Assembly (NCBI GenBank): GCA_951406725.2
Contig: OX597816.1
Location: 77,438,001-77,502,000 of the forward strand
DNA from: Octopus vulgaris
Lineage: Eukaryota
Reading direction: 5' to 3'
DNA length: 64,000 nt
Shown: piece after piece, positions 39,500 to 53,639 of the stretch
Layout of the letters: each line of letters opens with the position of its first letter
Position numbering within the stretch: the stretch's first letter is position 1
Program-made: the position numbers and the translations under genes
The notes under the pieces: generated by a model
What the model saw: the letters and a program-made list of their open reading frames with translations, nothing else
The model's database searches: none
Told to the model about the DNA's origin: nothing

Positions 39500-39720
39500 T
39501 TGGTAAAATCCAGAAATCGAAAGAAAATCATTTTTTTTGCCACGATTGACAAAACCCATCGCTGATTATAACACATCGCTGAATCACAAATTAATCCGAT
39601 GGATGCAAGTAACTCAATTGTGCAATCAATATCATAAGTTATCTGGTGAACATCTCGTAGAAAGTAATTGGTTTGAGTCAGATCTTCATTATTAACAATC
39701 TCTGCTACGATACTTACACT
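39500..39720 (-). pseudogene. Possible Merlin/ISXO2-type transposase N-terminal relic
   Basis: LRDVHQITYDIDCTIELLASIGLICDSAMC, then SDGF after a frameshift; pattern resemblance only. Confidence 0.3.
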
Positions 39721-41190
39721 TTCGAAATTACACGATCAGCCAATTCTTCATTACGTAAACAATTCAGAAAAGAAATATAAATAATTAAGTTCTGTTTTTA
39801 TTGACAATGTAAATTTTCTAATATATTTGTTCTTTATTCGCTTTATTTCTAAACTTTTAACTAAAGGAAATAAAACTGAATAAAGACGAATTTAGGACAC
39901 AGCTTTCTAGTCAACATCAGCAGATAGACGGGATCTCTTTAGTTTCGATCACAGATTTTTTAATAATTTTTTTTTCCTGAATGTGCGTCCATTGCCACGT
40001 AAAGTAACAAGTTGTGTTTTTTTTTTCAGATGACGGCTCCACAAATTTATACAGTATTGATATACCTTGTAGTGTCAGAAATGTCAAGGGGAAAGTAAAA
40101 TTATGGAATAAAATTATGGAATAAAAGTTCGTCAGTCATATATGATAGTATAAAATAAATTTACTTTATTATGCAAATAACTTGTAGATGATACGCTTTC
40201 ATCTTTACATCAAAGCATTGTAGGTAAAGTACTAAATTTCATATTTGTATTTAGATTTTTAACTAGGACTTAAAGTCAACTCTGCCCAACACACTCGGGA
40301 AATACTACCATGGAAAATCCAAGGAGTTACCTTCTTTACTAACAAAAGTTGATCTCAGTCAAGTTACTTCATCTACATCATAGGAACTCTTTCATAATTT
40401 AATAATACTTTACAGTTTCTGATAATTTTCATCATGAGTCTAGTACATCAAGAAAGAACTTAGCTCACTAATATGTCCAATAAAGAATCTCCTTTGAAGC
40501 AATACATTGCCAAGACTTCACTCATCAGTAATGTCTCAGTGATTAGATACATGTTTTCATACCTAAGAGATTCTGAGTAATGGCCATGTTAGTCATTAAA
40601 TGTCCAGGATGTTGGTAGAGTTTTTAAAGCATCAGATTGAATAGTTTCCAGTATTTGTTCATGTTGCCAGGGCTCTGAGCTCAAATCCTACCAAGACCAA
40701 TCTTGTCTTTCTTCTTTGGCATATGTCAGAGAATACCAAATGCATCAATCCTGTACTGGAATCCATTTTCTTATGACTGTCTCATTTTTTCTCTTCTTTG
40801 GAAGAAACCTATTTCTTTACTACCCACAAGGGGCTAAACACATAGAGGACAAACAAGGACAGACAAACGGATTAAGTCGATTATATCAATCCCAGTGCAT
40901 AACTGGTACTTATTCAATCGACCCCGAAAGGATGAAAGGCAAAGTCAACTTCGGCAGAATTTGAACTCAGAACATAGCAGCAGACAAAATACCACTAAGC
41001 ATTTCGCCCAGCTCGCCATTGTATTCAAACCAGGAGAGAAATGGGCTCTGCCATTCCTCTGCATCCCTAGAATATTCTCAATACTGAGGATCTTGTCCTG
41101 GATGATGAATTTGGAGTTTAAGTTTAAATTCATTTGAGCACTATTACGTGTTTTCTATACAGAGCACATATCTAGCTCTCACCTATTATT

Positions 41191-41231
<41 letters not shown>

Positions 41232-42574
41232 GGGTGGGTGGGTGTGTGGGTGTATACTGGCATGTATATTGTACATATACAATTATATATACATACAGCT
41301 ACATAAATATGCACATACACACACACACACATTTATGCAACACTTCCAAGGACTATTGTGCAGGCCAAACATACATTATCTTGAATATAAGTTATTATTA
41401 GAATATAGATCTAAATACATACTTAAAGATTGTATAGAGCATAGATATATATGTTTAGTTGAAGAGTGTGTGTATCTACACCTATATATTTTACATTGAT
41501 CATCCTTCTGCACCACCAAATTCTCTCCTCCACCACCATGCATCCCTCTCTCTCCCCCTCTTCCCATACACTATGTCTGTCTCTCCCATCACATTTGCAA
41601 CTTACCCAATCACATGTCATCTCTCTTTCTCTCATCCTCCCTACTGTATTATTATTACTATTCAGTTATTCTTCACTCGTTTTTGTATTGTAAGTCATTA
41701 CCTATTCCCCACTTTGTCTCACAGCACATATGTATCATTGATCACCCCATCCTCACTCCTTGTCCATTAACTACATCCATGTCTCAACGCTACCCAACCA
41801 TGATAGTCATCACCAACTCTTCTCTACCTTCCCTCCAACATGTATTTATCATCATGTGTTCTTCAATCACTTATATTCACCTCCTCATCCACCCTCTCTC
41901 TCTAACTGCTCTTCACCCTTGCAACCTTTAGCCTCCCCTAGCTGCCCACACCTGCTGGTTTTCTCTTCTTACTCACCTCTACTCCTCTTGTACATTGAGG
42001 ATCCACCTAGACACCTTATCATCACTATTTTATTACATTCTTTTGCTCACCCAGTTACTCCCACACTCTCTTCCCACATGTGAGTAGCCATGTAACTCCT
42101 CTACAACAAGAAACATGTGTGTTCTGTTCTGGCCCCTTCTCTCATACTTTAACTTCTTGTCTTCTACCATGAAGCCACTATCCTTTCTCTAATGTTGTCC
42201 CTCTCAGTCAAAGAGGATCTTTGTGTTGCAACCTGCTTATGACCTCACTAGTGCTAGTGCCATGAACAAGGCACTCAGTATAGTGATTGGTGTTAAGAAG
42301 AGCATGCATCTTTAGAAACCATGCCAAAACTGACACTGGAGCACAATGCAGTCCTCAGACTTATCAGATCCTGTCAAAATGTCCAACCTGAGGCATCATG
42401 AACATTAAAGATGGACATTAAAATATGATGATGATGATATGTATGCGTATGTATGTTTAGGTGTGTGCAAGCATGTGTGTGTGTATGTACATGTATGTTG
42501 TTGAGATTGGCATCAACTTGCATCAGTTTGGATGGAACATTAACAGCACCAAATTTCACTGGACAAGGATGATC

Positions 42575-42887
42575 CGTTGTTGTTGTTTGTTCCCTCTTGA
42601 GCCATGCCTGGCTCATAGGGCCGGTTTCCCAGTTTCCTTGGCATATAGGTTCCCCATCTGGATGAGACGCCAGTCCGTCGCAGGTGAGCTGCAAGATGCG
42701 GGAGGAAAGAGTGACAGAAAGTTGTGGCAAAAGAGTCAGTAGAAGTTCGCCAGTACCTTCTGCTGGAGCCGTGTGGAGCTTAGGTGTTTCGCTCATAAAC
42801 ATACACATTGCCCGGTCTGAGATTCGGACGCGCGATCCCTTGACCGTGAATCCACTGCTCTAATCACTACGCCACATGCCTCCACAC
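42575..42887 (-). mobile_element. tRNA-derived SINE, full length
   Basis: Reverse complement of the 798-1115 family; 12-bp TSD acaaggatgatc at 42563-42574 and 42888-42899. Confidence 0.85.
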
Positions 42888-43446
42888 ACAAGGATGATCT
42901 ACAAAAGGCTATGTGCACTGCACATTCTGCCAGGCTAGTATGTAAAAAAGAAAACAGAAAAGAATTCAGTAACTGCACCCAATAAAATTGTTAGTGAATG
43001 TGCTGAGACGGACAGAACCCTTTAGATTTGTCAAGAACATGAGAACCATGCTAGTGCTGGTCCCACTATGTAATACAATATAGTACATTCTGTGAAGTAG
43101 TTACTGATATGACAGCTAACTATACAAAAGCTGAAAAAGAAACATGAAATGGTCCACTCAGCTAGCAAATATCATTTGTACCTGCTGAATCTCTCTGAGA
43201 ATTACATTAAGGGTATTTGTGTTTGTGGATTTGTGGAGTGCTCAGCCACTTGCACGTTAATTCCATGAACAGGCTGTTCTGTTAATTGGATCAAATGGAA
43301 CCTTCCTCATTGTAACTAACAGAGTGCCAATATGTCTTTCAGTCAATCTCTGCAAGCAAGAGCACTGAATAAGAACATCATTGATTGTGGTGACATAACA
43401 TTACAACATAGAAAGCAAATGTATAATGATAATTATATATATATAT

Positions 43447-43975
43447 CATCATCATCACCATCATTTAACATCTGCTTTCCATGCTAGCATGGATTGGACG
43501 ATTTGACTGAAGACTGGTGAACCAGATGGCTGCACCCGGCTCCAATCTGATCTGGCAGAGTTTCTACAGTTGGATGCTCTTCCTAATGCCAACCACTCCG
43601 AGAGTGTAGTGGGTGCTTTTACATTCCAGTCTGGTGATACTGGCAACAGTCACGCTCAGATGGTGTTTTTTATGTGCCACCTGCACAGAAGTCAGTCCAG
43701 CGGCACTGGCAATGACCTCGCTTGAATGTTTTGTTCACATGCCACCGGCATAAGTGCCAGTAAGGCAACACTGGTAACGATCAATCTCAAATGGTGCTTT
43801 TCACATGCCACCGGCATGGAAGCCAGACAGCTGCCCTGGCAGTGATCCCGCTCAGATGGAGCTGTTAGCATTCCACTGGCATGGGTGCCAGTCATTAAAT
43901 TTGGTTCAATTTCGATTTCACTTGCCCCAACAGGTCTTCGCAAGCAGAGTTTGTCCAACGAAGGAAGGTTGGCAC
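43447..43975 (-). mobile_element. RTE 3'-end fragment (others near 33120, 48016, 59155, 60370, 61270, 62640)
   Basis: Matches the 3'UTR and (ATG)n tail of 56131-58952. Confidence 0.8.
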
Positions 43976-44229
43976 GAGTATATATATGATGGATTCTCTT
44001 GTGAATGACAAATGAAGGTTCAGTAAAATAAGTTAATCCTGTTCTTTGGACATGAACGTGTCTCTTGAGGCCTGCTGGTGCCTTGCAAATCTTTTGGCAA
44101 ATGGAACAAGTTGAAGACTCATTTGATTGAGTGCCTGTGGATCATTTATTAAGTGTTTTCTTGAGTGGATGGCAAGGTCTGCTTTGCTTTGTGCCACAAA
44201 ACCTCAATGGCAGGTAAGGTTTCCATTTA

Positions 44230-45975
44230 GAGGAGCAACATTTTGCCAGCATGCCTTCATGCTTGCACAAAATTAGTTTTGATGTAGGAGTTGACTGCTC
44301 AAATCTGAACTGAGGAGAAGCAGGACTGGCATCAAGTCCTGCATTCTGATGCTTTGTTTTCCCAGGAAGAAAAGGGAGCATTGCATCATTTCAGGTTGTT
44401 TTTTAGTTTGTCTTTGAAGTGCAAAAGTGGCCTTCCAACTGACCTTCCTGTTGGGAATTGGCCAAAGAGAAGTTGCTTTGGAATTCTGATATCACTCATA
44501 CATGAGGATGACCTGACCATCCAAGCTGTATTTTGATGAGGATGGCTTGGCTTCAATATCTGATACGTTGCATTTTGTTTGTAGCCAATGCCAGGGATGT
44601 AACCAGCTCACTTACGCGTACGTTTCCTTCAGTGGACACTAAACTCTGTTTGCAAAGACCTGTTGAGGCAAGGGAAATCAAAATCAAATCAAATTTGCAA
44701 ATTCGATGATTGGCACCTGTGCCAGTGGAGCGCTAAGAGCACCATCTGAGTGTGATCGCTGCCAGAGCAGCTGACTGGCTTCCGTGCCAGTGGTGTGTAA
44801 AAAGCACCATTCAAACGTGATCGTTACTAGCTTCGCCTTACTGGCACTTGTGCCGGTGGCATATAAAAACATTTGAGCGAGGCCATTGCCAGTGCCACTG
44901 GACTGGCTCCTGTGCAGGTGGCATGTAAAAAACACCACTTGAGCATGGCTGTTGCCAGTACTGCCTGACTGGCCCTCGTGCCGGTGGCACATAAAAGCAC
45001 CCACTACACTCTCGGAGTGGTTGGCATTAGGAAGGGCATCCAGCTGTAGAAACTCTGCCAGATCAGATTGGAGCCATTTGGTTCGCCAGTCCTCAGTCAA
45101 ATCGTCCAATCCATGTTAGCATGGAAAGCAGATGTTAAACGGTGATGATGATGATTCACTGTTATGAATATGGTCACTCAGTTTTATAAGTGGTGATAAT
45201 TCACAAGCATCACGTGTGAAAAGCATCATGCAGGTGCTTTTGGTACAGAGTCCCAGATTCAGCACCATAAAGTAATGATGTGAAGAACACCAACTTACAT
45301 ACATTGATTTTCACCTCCAAAGAGACATCGTGGCTGTTCCAAAACCAGTAGTAAAGCTTACTGAAAGTGGAGCTAGCCTTCCTGATTCTGGACTCAATTT
45401 CTTTATCCATCTTAGCATCATTTGACACAATGGAACCAAGAAATAGTTTTTAATGCTTTCCCATCAACATATACAGTAGGGGCAACAGCAGGAAGATGGT
45501 CATGGATGGGCTGATGGACAAGCTCAGTTTTCTTGATGTTGATGGCCAGGCCAAAAGCCCTTGATGCGCACAAGAAGTTATTTAGAATCCATTGCATATT
45601 TTCAAGAGCGTGTACTACAAGTGCACTGTTGTCTGTGCAGAGCAAATCTTGAACTGTTTTCACCAAAGTCTTAGGTTTTGCTTTGAGTCACTGTTGGTTG
45701 AACAAGCTGTCACCAGTTCTGTACTCAAACTTTACTCCTTCTTTAACACCCTTGAATACTGTTTCCAAGATGACAGAGAAATACAAAGCAAATAAGAGTG
45801 GTGCAAGAACACATCCTTGTTTGGTTCCATTTGAGACTATGAATGAATCAGACACTTCCCCGCTAGATCTGAGAGAAGCCATCATCTCTTGATGAAAAGA
45901 AATTATGACATTGAGCATCTTTTCTGCAACACCTAGCTTTCTAAGAACAACCCAAAGAGCATCCTTAGATACAGT
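44230..45975 (-). mobile_element. Degraded RTE/BovB-type LINE RT, interrupted by an RTE 3' fragment (44594-45153, +)
   Basis: GTKQGCVLAPLLFALYF, FGLAINIKKTE, EIESRIRKASSTF, SLLYGAE motifs. Confidence 0.85.
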
Positions 45976-46009
45976 ATGCTTCTTGGTATCCTTCTGGCCT
46001 CGAGCCTAA

Positions 46010-46560
46010 AGTCACTAATGACTAGCCTATGCTGGGGGATACATTCTTCACCTGGAAGGGTCTTTGTATTTAAGAGCAGCCCTGCGTCCCGCTGTCTGAT
46101 GAGGATGAAATCAATCTGGCTAGTAGAGTCCCCTGATTGATAGGTTATAAGGTAACTGTCTGGCTTCCTGAAGTTAGTGTTGCAGATTAAAAGGTTACAT
46201 GCATCACAGAACTCCAGTAGCCTGGTTCCCTCATCGTTTCAGGTACCAATACCATGGTCACTGTGTACCCCAGTGAAGATATCAGATTCCCGCCCTACAT
46301 GCCCATTAAAGTCTCCAGCCACAAAGATGGGGTCATTGCCACTCGTTTTTGAGGTAGCCTGTCGAAGGGTATTATAGAAATGGTCCATCTGATCATTTGG
46401 TAGTCCCACATGTGGGGTGTAGGTGGAGATAATTGTAGTTGTGCTGTTCTGCAGGACTAGCGTGAGCTTAAGCACTCTATTGTATACCCTAACAACCTCT
46501 ATGACCTTATCCACCCATTTCTCTGTGAGGAGTATGCCTACACCCCCTACACCATCCATG
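46010..46560 (-). mobile_element. RTE AP-endonuclease fragment
   Basis: GVGGVGILL..IISTYTP..FVAGDFNGHVG. Confidence 0.85.
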
Positions 46561-48772
46561 TTATCTTGCCGTGTCTGCGTTTGTACCCCTATCATCGTTT
46601 GACAACTGATGTTGGTGTATTTCTGTCCCCATAACTTAGCATTTTGGCAAAAGAGACTGATAGAATAAGTACTAGACTTACAAAGAATAAGTCCTGGGGT
46701 TGATTTCTTCAACTAAATGCAGTGCTCCGGCATGGCCGCAGTCAAATGATGGAAGTAAATAAAGAAAAAAATAAATGTCAACAAATGTATTTATTTTTTG
46801 GTAACCAGAAAAGTGAGACAAGTTTTGACTCAATTTAGAGTATCATTAGAGAACATTGACCTCTTAAGTTGTAGCTATTTATAATGAATGTCAATCAGGA
46901 TGGGCATAAACTAGTTTGTCTAATTTGCATAACAGTGCATTTATTAGCAATGTGATTAACTAATAATGCATATACAGTATTTATTGATTTATTAACATAG
47001 AATAGTAAAGTTATTAAACCAAGGTAGAAAATTTATTGGGTATTTAGTTATATCTATTTATGACTAGGTTCATAGCTTACAAGTCAGCTTTGTCTTTCAC
47101 TTTTTTCAGGGTTGATAAAATACCTGACATTGTAAGCACCAAAATCAGTCTGAGGCAGAAAAGAGAAACAAGCCAATGAGTTTTGTTTCTTCAATAATTA
47201 TTCCATAGACGAAGAGCAGAAGAGATATATGAAAAAGTAGAGTGCCAAATTAAATAGCTTGTTAGTGTTTAGCATTGTTATTTAACACTACAAATTCAAA
47301 TCATCAGCATTTCATCTTTGCTGTTAATGGATAGAGCCTGGTCATGAACACATGCATTCTGAGTCCTGATTCCTCTGATCTCAGCACTGCATTTCTCTTT
47401 TCCAACTTTGGTAAAGATGGTGCAACTAATACACCTGGTGTAGTGTATTGATTATTTGCTCCTCTGTTATAAAATGTTTGGCCTAGTACCTGTGTTATTA
47501 TTTAAGATATATAACTTCCATTCAAAGAACTGAACCTATATCTAAGTATTAGCTTTACACTTAGAAATCGAATCAAAGAAGAATCAATTTTGCCCTTTCA
47601 GCCTTCTGGAGTCGTTATGAACATCAAATCGTATAAATTATAAAAACAAAAATAAGGGGTTTCACTCTCTCTTACTTTTTATGTATTTTTGTTTTCAGAC
47701 CATTTCTTAAAATAATTAGTCCAACAACGCTCAGATTATCTCTTGGGTTTTGGTTTTAAACCCCGTGTTGCTTTCTCTTGAGACAAAGACTTGAATATAA
47801 CATAAAGTACAAGTATTTACTGTTTCCCTTCAAGTTATTCTATGAACGAAGGTATTACAGCCATGGCGACCCCATATTTTTCCAACTCACAAAGAACCCA
47901 GGACCTTATATTACGTATCCCCTTTTAAGATGGTACTGCGGGATTTGAAGGAGATTTTATTGCTATTTCTAGCAAGTCAAGCAAACATGTAGAAGCTCAT
48001 TCAAATTAATTATATAATTGGCGTTAGGAAGGGCATCCAGCCGTAGAAACACTGCCAGATCTGACTGGGCCTGATGAAGCCTTCCAGCTTCACAGACCCC
48101 AGTTGAGCCGTCCAACCCATGCTAGCATGGAAAACGGACGCTAAATGATAATGATGAATTCCTCTTAAAATTTGTGCCCTTGTGCCAATGTTAGCAATTC
48201 TTTTATCAACTATATCGTCTACATACCTCCCATACAAACTGGGCTTGTGCTTAAGTATTCAGAGCGTCGGACAATTGCTTTACAATTAGGTTTCTTTACG
48301 TTCTTAGTTGAAACCCTATCAGAGTCGATAAAATAAGGTACAGTCGGATACTGATGTCCTAATTTCTCTACTCACTTTCCCTTATTCTTTATTACTTACT
48401 TTTTCTCTCTCTCGATTCCCAGCTTTTCATTCGATTCCATCAAAGCAATATCTCTCCTCGACGAAGTGTTCTACCCGAAACGTTAGATTTCTCCCCCTTC
48501 CCTCATGGTAAACCTGATTAATTCATCCTTGAATTGTCGTCCCTAAAATCGACTTCCAACTCTTAGAATATCTTTTTGTGGTTTTGCACCCATATTACAA
48601 CTCAATAATACTTCGTTGATGTGAATTTTGCAACAGCGATGCTTTCGGACTTCCGTACATCATTTTAATTGAGAATGTCGTAACAACAGCTTCGCAAATA
48701 ACTACGACTACCCTCTGCTCTGCTTTGCTCTTACTCTACTGTACTCTATGCTTGGCTTGGTGAACCACTCAC

Positions 48773-48833
48773 TCCAACCTCCACTATCAGCATCCTCAGC
48801 CTCAACCTCAATCTCAAAAAGCTCCAAAGCCAT
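48773..48833 (-). other. Candidate first exon of a divergent transcript (MALELFEIEVEAEDADSGGW)
   Basis: ATG at 48833 and donor GGA|gtgagt at 48772. Confidence 0.3.
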
Positions 48834-48870
48834 AGTTCACGTCACGTGACACAGTTCCAACATGGCGTAT
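48831..48870. promoter_or_regulatory. Core promoter: palindromic E-box GTCACGTGAC (USF/CLEAR type) plus YY1-type CAACATGGCG
   Basis: gtcacgtgac at 48841-48850 and ccaacatggcg at 48857-48867, in a CpG-retaining zone (~48.2-52.9 kb) with donor sites on both strands nearby. Confidence 0.65.
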
Positions 48871-49078
48871 TTCCTCCCCGTATCTCAGGTTGTGTAAATG
48901 ATAAAGAAAACCTTTTAGCCGTGTGTGAGTGTGTGTGTGTGGGATTTTTTTCTAAAAAAAAAACACTATGCATGTACGCGTGTCGTTGTTGCATCGTGCG
49001 TGAGAGAGTGTAAAGTAGAAGTAAATTAAATAAAACAAAACGAAAAAATACCCTATCACTTTTTTGTGTTTGTTGAAG

Positions 49079-49173
49079 GTCTGACGAAGTTAGGCGTTTC
49101 TATTGGATTATTACAGTTATTTCACAAACACCGACATTTAAAATGGGATCTTCGATTGCCAGCATATAATCTC
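49079..49173 (+). other. Probable early (5'UTR?) exon of a plus-strand gene running out of the window
   Basis: Acceptor tttgtgtttgttgaag and donor CTC|gtgagt, ~200 nt downstream of the promoter motifs. Confidence 0.4.
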
Positions 49174-51890
49174 GTGAGTAGCCAACACTTTTCTTTCTTT
49201 CCCATCTCCATTAAGTCCTAAAGTTCTATATATTTTTCCAGTTTTAGAGCCGTTTTGTTTGTTGCTCTGATATGTTTTTGTCTAACAAACTCTGTCTTTC
49301 TCCCTTTCTCTTCCTCTCTCTGTCTCACTATTCTCCACCCCCCTCCACCTCACTAACATACACCACTACGATTTTCGAATCATTTAGCTTTTGCTTTTCG
49401 TTACATTGCATGGTTGTCCCGCATTGCTCATATCTTATGTAGTGTTATTGTTGACTGACTGCATTGCCCTTGTGACAAATATAGACCATCATTATTAGCA
49501 AATAAACGATATTGTTATTGTTATTTCAAATCTTTCCAACGTCGATTTTTCTTACTTTCCTTTCTGGGGGTCGACAAAAATACAATACCAGTCGAGTACC
49601 GAGGTTGATATATAATCGACTGTTCCTCGTTCCAAAATTTGTGGCTTTTTTACCTGTTTGGAGATTATAATATATATTTATATATGCGTGTGTGTGTGTC
49701 TGTGTGTATACATATACAAACATACATACATACACTAGGACCACTTCAATCATGTTTATCCTTCCTCCTAAAAATTAAACTGAGCATTATTTATTAACAC
49801 TTCCCCCCCTGTCTCCATATGTATATATACACATACACACGCACACATACTCGGTCATGCTTGTAATTGCATATGTGTGTGTGTGTTGCACATATGTTTT
49901 GTTTATTTATTAATATTGTTTTGTACTTCATTTGATTATTTATGATGTTCTCTTCATTGTAGCCCCTGTGGCGAATAAGCGATTATCAGTAGTGTGTCAG
50001 AAATGGGGGTCGAATGACGGAACGTCTTTCGGAGTATCACTATTTAGTTTCGTCTCTGTCTTTGTTGTGTGTGTTCAAACCTCAGGAGGATCGATTGCTT
50101 TTAGCATTCCGGGGTAATGGTAGTGATCGATAAAATAAATTCAAAATTTGACAATACTTTCCCTATACTAACTGGTGTAAGAAATTATCATTGCTAGAGG
50201 GTGAAGAGTGGCATAATCGGTAGAGCGCCAAATTAATACCCTGCGGGTATTCAGTTATGTCCCTTCTGAGTTCAAATGTCGTTGAGTTCGATTTTGCTTC
50301 TCATACTTCTTGGGTAGATTTAACCGACTAGCCTCCCTCCTAATTTTGTGTCTGTTAGAAATCATTATTATCAGTATTATTAATAATCGGCGTCCACGTT
50401 ACTGCTTCCACCACCACATTGGGCAATTGGCAAAATAGATAAAGCGGCTAACAAATTAGTATTATATTTAGTTACGTCCCTTTATGTTCTGTGTTCAAAT
50501 CCTTCCCGGTTTGACTTTGCTTTTCATCTATTAATGATGTTAAAAATTGAAGACTAATCAGGTTCTGAGATTCAGTTCGATTGACGGTTCATTCCTACAA
50601 CATATTTGGCCTTCAATATTTTTATTGTCTTTATTATTAATAACAGAGACGGTAGGTTAGCAAATTAAAAACCGTAGTGATTATTTCGCTTTCCAACGTT
50701 CTTGAGTTGAAGTTTCGCTTGGGTCCACTCTACTCTACTTTTTCATAACTCGGGAGTTAGCGGGTAAGTGAAATAGATAATCATTAAATACGGAGTGAAT
50801 TAAAAAAAAATCAACTATACCCATCCTTCCTTTCTCTTGCGAAAATTTTCCTTGTTCTTGTCAAGATTATTATTTTAATTTTCACCCTTTCGGGATCGAT
50901 GAAATAAGTACCAGTTGAATACTAGGGTCAGTGTAATCGACTTATCCCCTCCTTAAAATTGCTGGCCTTGTGCCAAAATTTGAAACCATTATTTTCTTCC
51001 GATTGGTTCCATTTTTTTTCATTCTTCCGGTGTGATGACCAGTCATATAAGGAGCAATTTAATCAACTAACCCCCTTCTCCCCTAAATTTCTGGACTTAT
51101 GTCTGAGTTTAAGGAAAACATCTAGCAGAATGCCGAATAAAATCTCTTGTGTTATTCATTAATGTCTCTGTATGTTCAAATAATACCCTACTTTACTATA
51201 TCTTTTATTCTTACAAGATTGATAAGAGAAGTAGCAGTTTAATAGTGATTCGATTTATTCAACTAGACCCTTCGTCTGAAATTTGTGGTTTTGTTTTCAA
51301 GAAATGTCGGTGAAATTTACCGAAATATCTTTGTATACTCGCGTACTTATTCGCGTAAAAGATATTGTAATCACTTTCGTTAGAAGAATGTTCCTCATAG
51401 AATAATTTGATGTCCAACTTTGCTTAGATTTGCTTGTAAGTTTGCACTGTAAAAACCTATTCTGCTTTCTTTGGATCATTGGAGAATACGAAAACGTTAA
51501 CGTAGATCGAATGCAAAGTTTATTTAGTTTTATATCACACAACCAAACACTATTATTAATAACCTAAGATGCTACATGCTTATTAAATTTAGAAAAATAT
51601 AATTCATTTCAGTTTCCTTTTCCTTGATTGCACACACAGTAACAGGGAGATGACAACACGTGGCGTTCTATAGGCATAATACATACATACATATTGCGCC
51701 GTTTTGAGTTAAAGGTATATCTTCGGGTTTCAGTTTCCAGTCGAAATACATTTTCACTTGACTGTCACAGATAACGGCCCTTTCCCTTGACGTTAAAAAA
51801 AAAAAAGTGCCCCCCCCCCCACTACCACCATATCGCATTCCTTACTTCCTTCTCGCAGTCAGTGTGACCGAAGTATTGTTTTGCATGCAG

Positions 51891-51972
51891 TAGGGAATCT
51901 TTAGTGAAAAAGAAATCAAAATGTTATATGAAGAGAGTATTGAAAACCGGTCCCCCATTTTATAGTCGACAG
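51891..51972 (+). other. Candidate exon, possibly first coding (MKRVLKTGPPFYSRQ from 51928)
   Basis: Acceptor ttttgcatgcag and donor CAG|gtatgt. Confidence 0.3.
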
Positions 51973-52042
51973 GTATGTTGAAGGATTGTTCCTCTCTCTC
52001 TATATTTGTGTGTGTGTACTTATGTATGTATGTACACGTGTG

Positions 52043-52082
<40 letters not shown>

Positions 52083-52226
52083 AATGTGTCGTGAGTGTAC
52101 TATATATGAATGTGTGTGTCTAGAATGGGAGCAAGCGCTAATCCGAATGATATGATATATATGTAAAAAATGTAATATATAAATAAATATCTACAAATAT
52201 GAACCATCTGATCTGATTACCTCAAT

Positions 52227-52270
<44 letters not shown>

Positions 52271-52812
52271 CATACACATACATACATGTGTTTATATATT
52301 AGTATTTATGGTAGACGTGTCGGAGTTGATACAGTGTTTTGACTCCTGCATGTTCAATTAGGGTTATTGCAACGCTCAAGATCCATTTTGATTGCTATAC
52401 TTTCGATATTACAACTAATAATGATGATAATTTCTTAGGGTAACCAGAACAGAGAAAAAATATTCCGAAAATAAACCTGTTCAAAGTTCTAAGGAGATTA
52501 AAACCTTAATTAAAGTTTTACGAAACATTTTCAGATATTTTACGAGTAAAATGAGAAAATAATGACACACGCATTCAATAAAGTAAGGGTAATGGTACTA
52601 TTTCGTTTAAAATTGTTATATAAAACTAGTATTAAATAATAATTTTTTAATGAGTTGTGTAGTTGAAAATGTTTAATATTACGTTAGATGTTTTAGTTCG
52701 AGTATTGTACCTTAATATTTTGAAGGAAGGGTAATTGTCCTTACATAAATTTCTTGAACTGCGACATGAACACGTAAAAAAGATTGGTGACACGGACAAA
52801 AAAAAACCAACA

Positions 52813-52858
<46 letters not shown>

Positions 52859-53136
52859 TAGAGGTAAGTAAGACCAGATCATACATGTTTGCGAGTGTGC
52901 AGACACGCAAATTGTATAAATTTGTAATTTAGGCTTAGGCCCTACACTGCTTTCTTTACTGATTATTAAATGGTTAGCTATTCAGATTTTTTTTTGTAAT
53001 TAAGTTTCTCTCTAGGGCATATGTGATGTAAGTGAAACGATAGCTTCAGTACAAATGAGGTTTGATTCAAACTAGGCTAGACTGCAAGGTGGCTGAAGAA
53101 GGCTCGTCTCATATAGATCAATCCGGATATTTTATT

Positions 53137-53220
<84 letters not shown>

Positions 53221-53639
53221 AAGATGAGAATATGTGTATGTGTGAAACCCTAAAACTCAAGAACTACACAACCGATTTCATTCAAGTTTTACACATGCCT
53301 TACTTAGGGTCCATGCAGTGTCATGGGCCAAACATTTTTACAACTTCTTGCCTAATATGAGCCTAGAGCAACCTCTTTTACTCTATTTCAGTATTACGTG
53401 TCAAAAGTGAAACAATAGCATCTCTCTATTGTAATGTGAGATACTTTCAGTTTAATAGTTTCACTATTAATACTGAAAGTATTATCTCACATATACACAT
53501 ACACACGTGTATATATATGTATGTATACATCTGCACATATATATATATATTCATAGATGTATAGTATTTATAGATGTATATATGTGTATATATAGATATG
53601 TAATATGTACACATACACACACACATATATATATCTATA

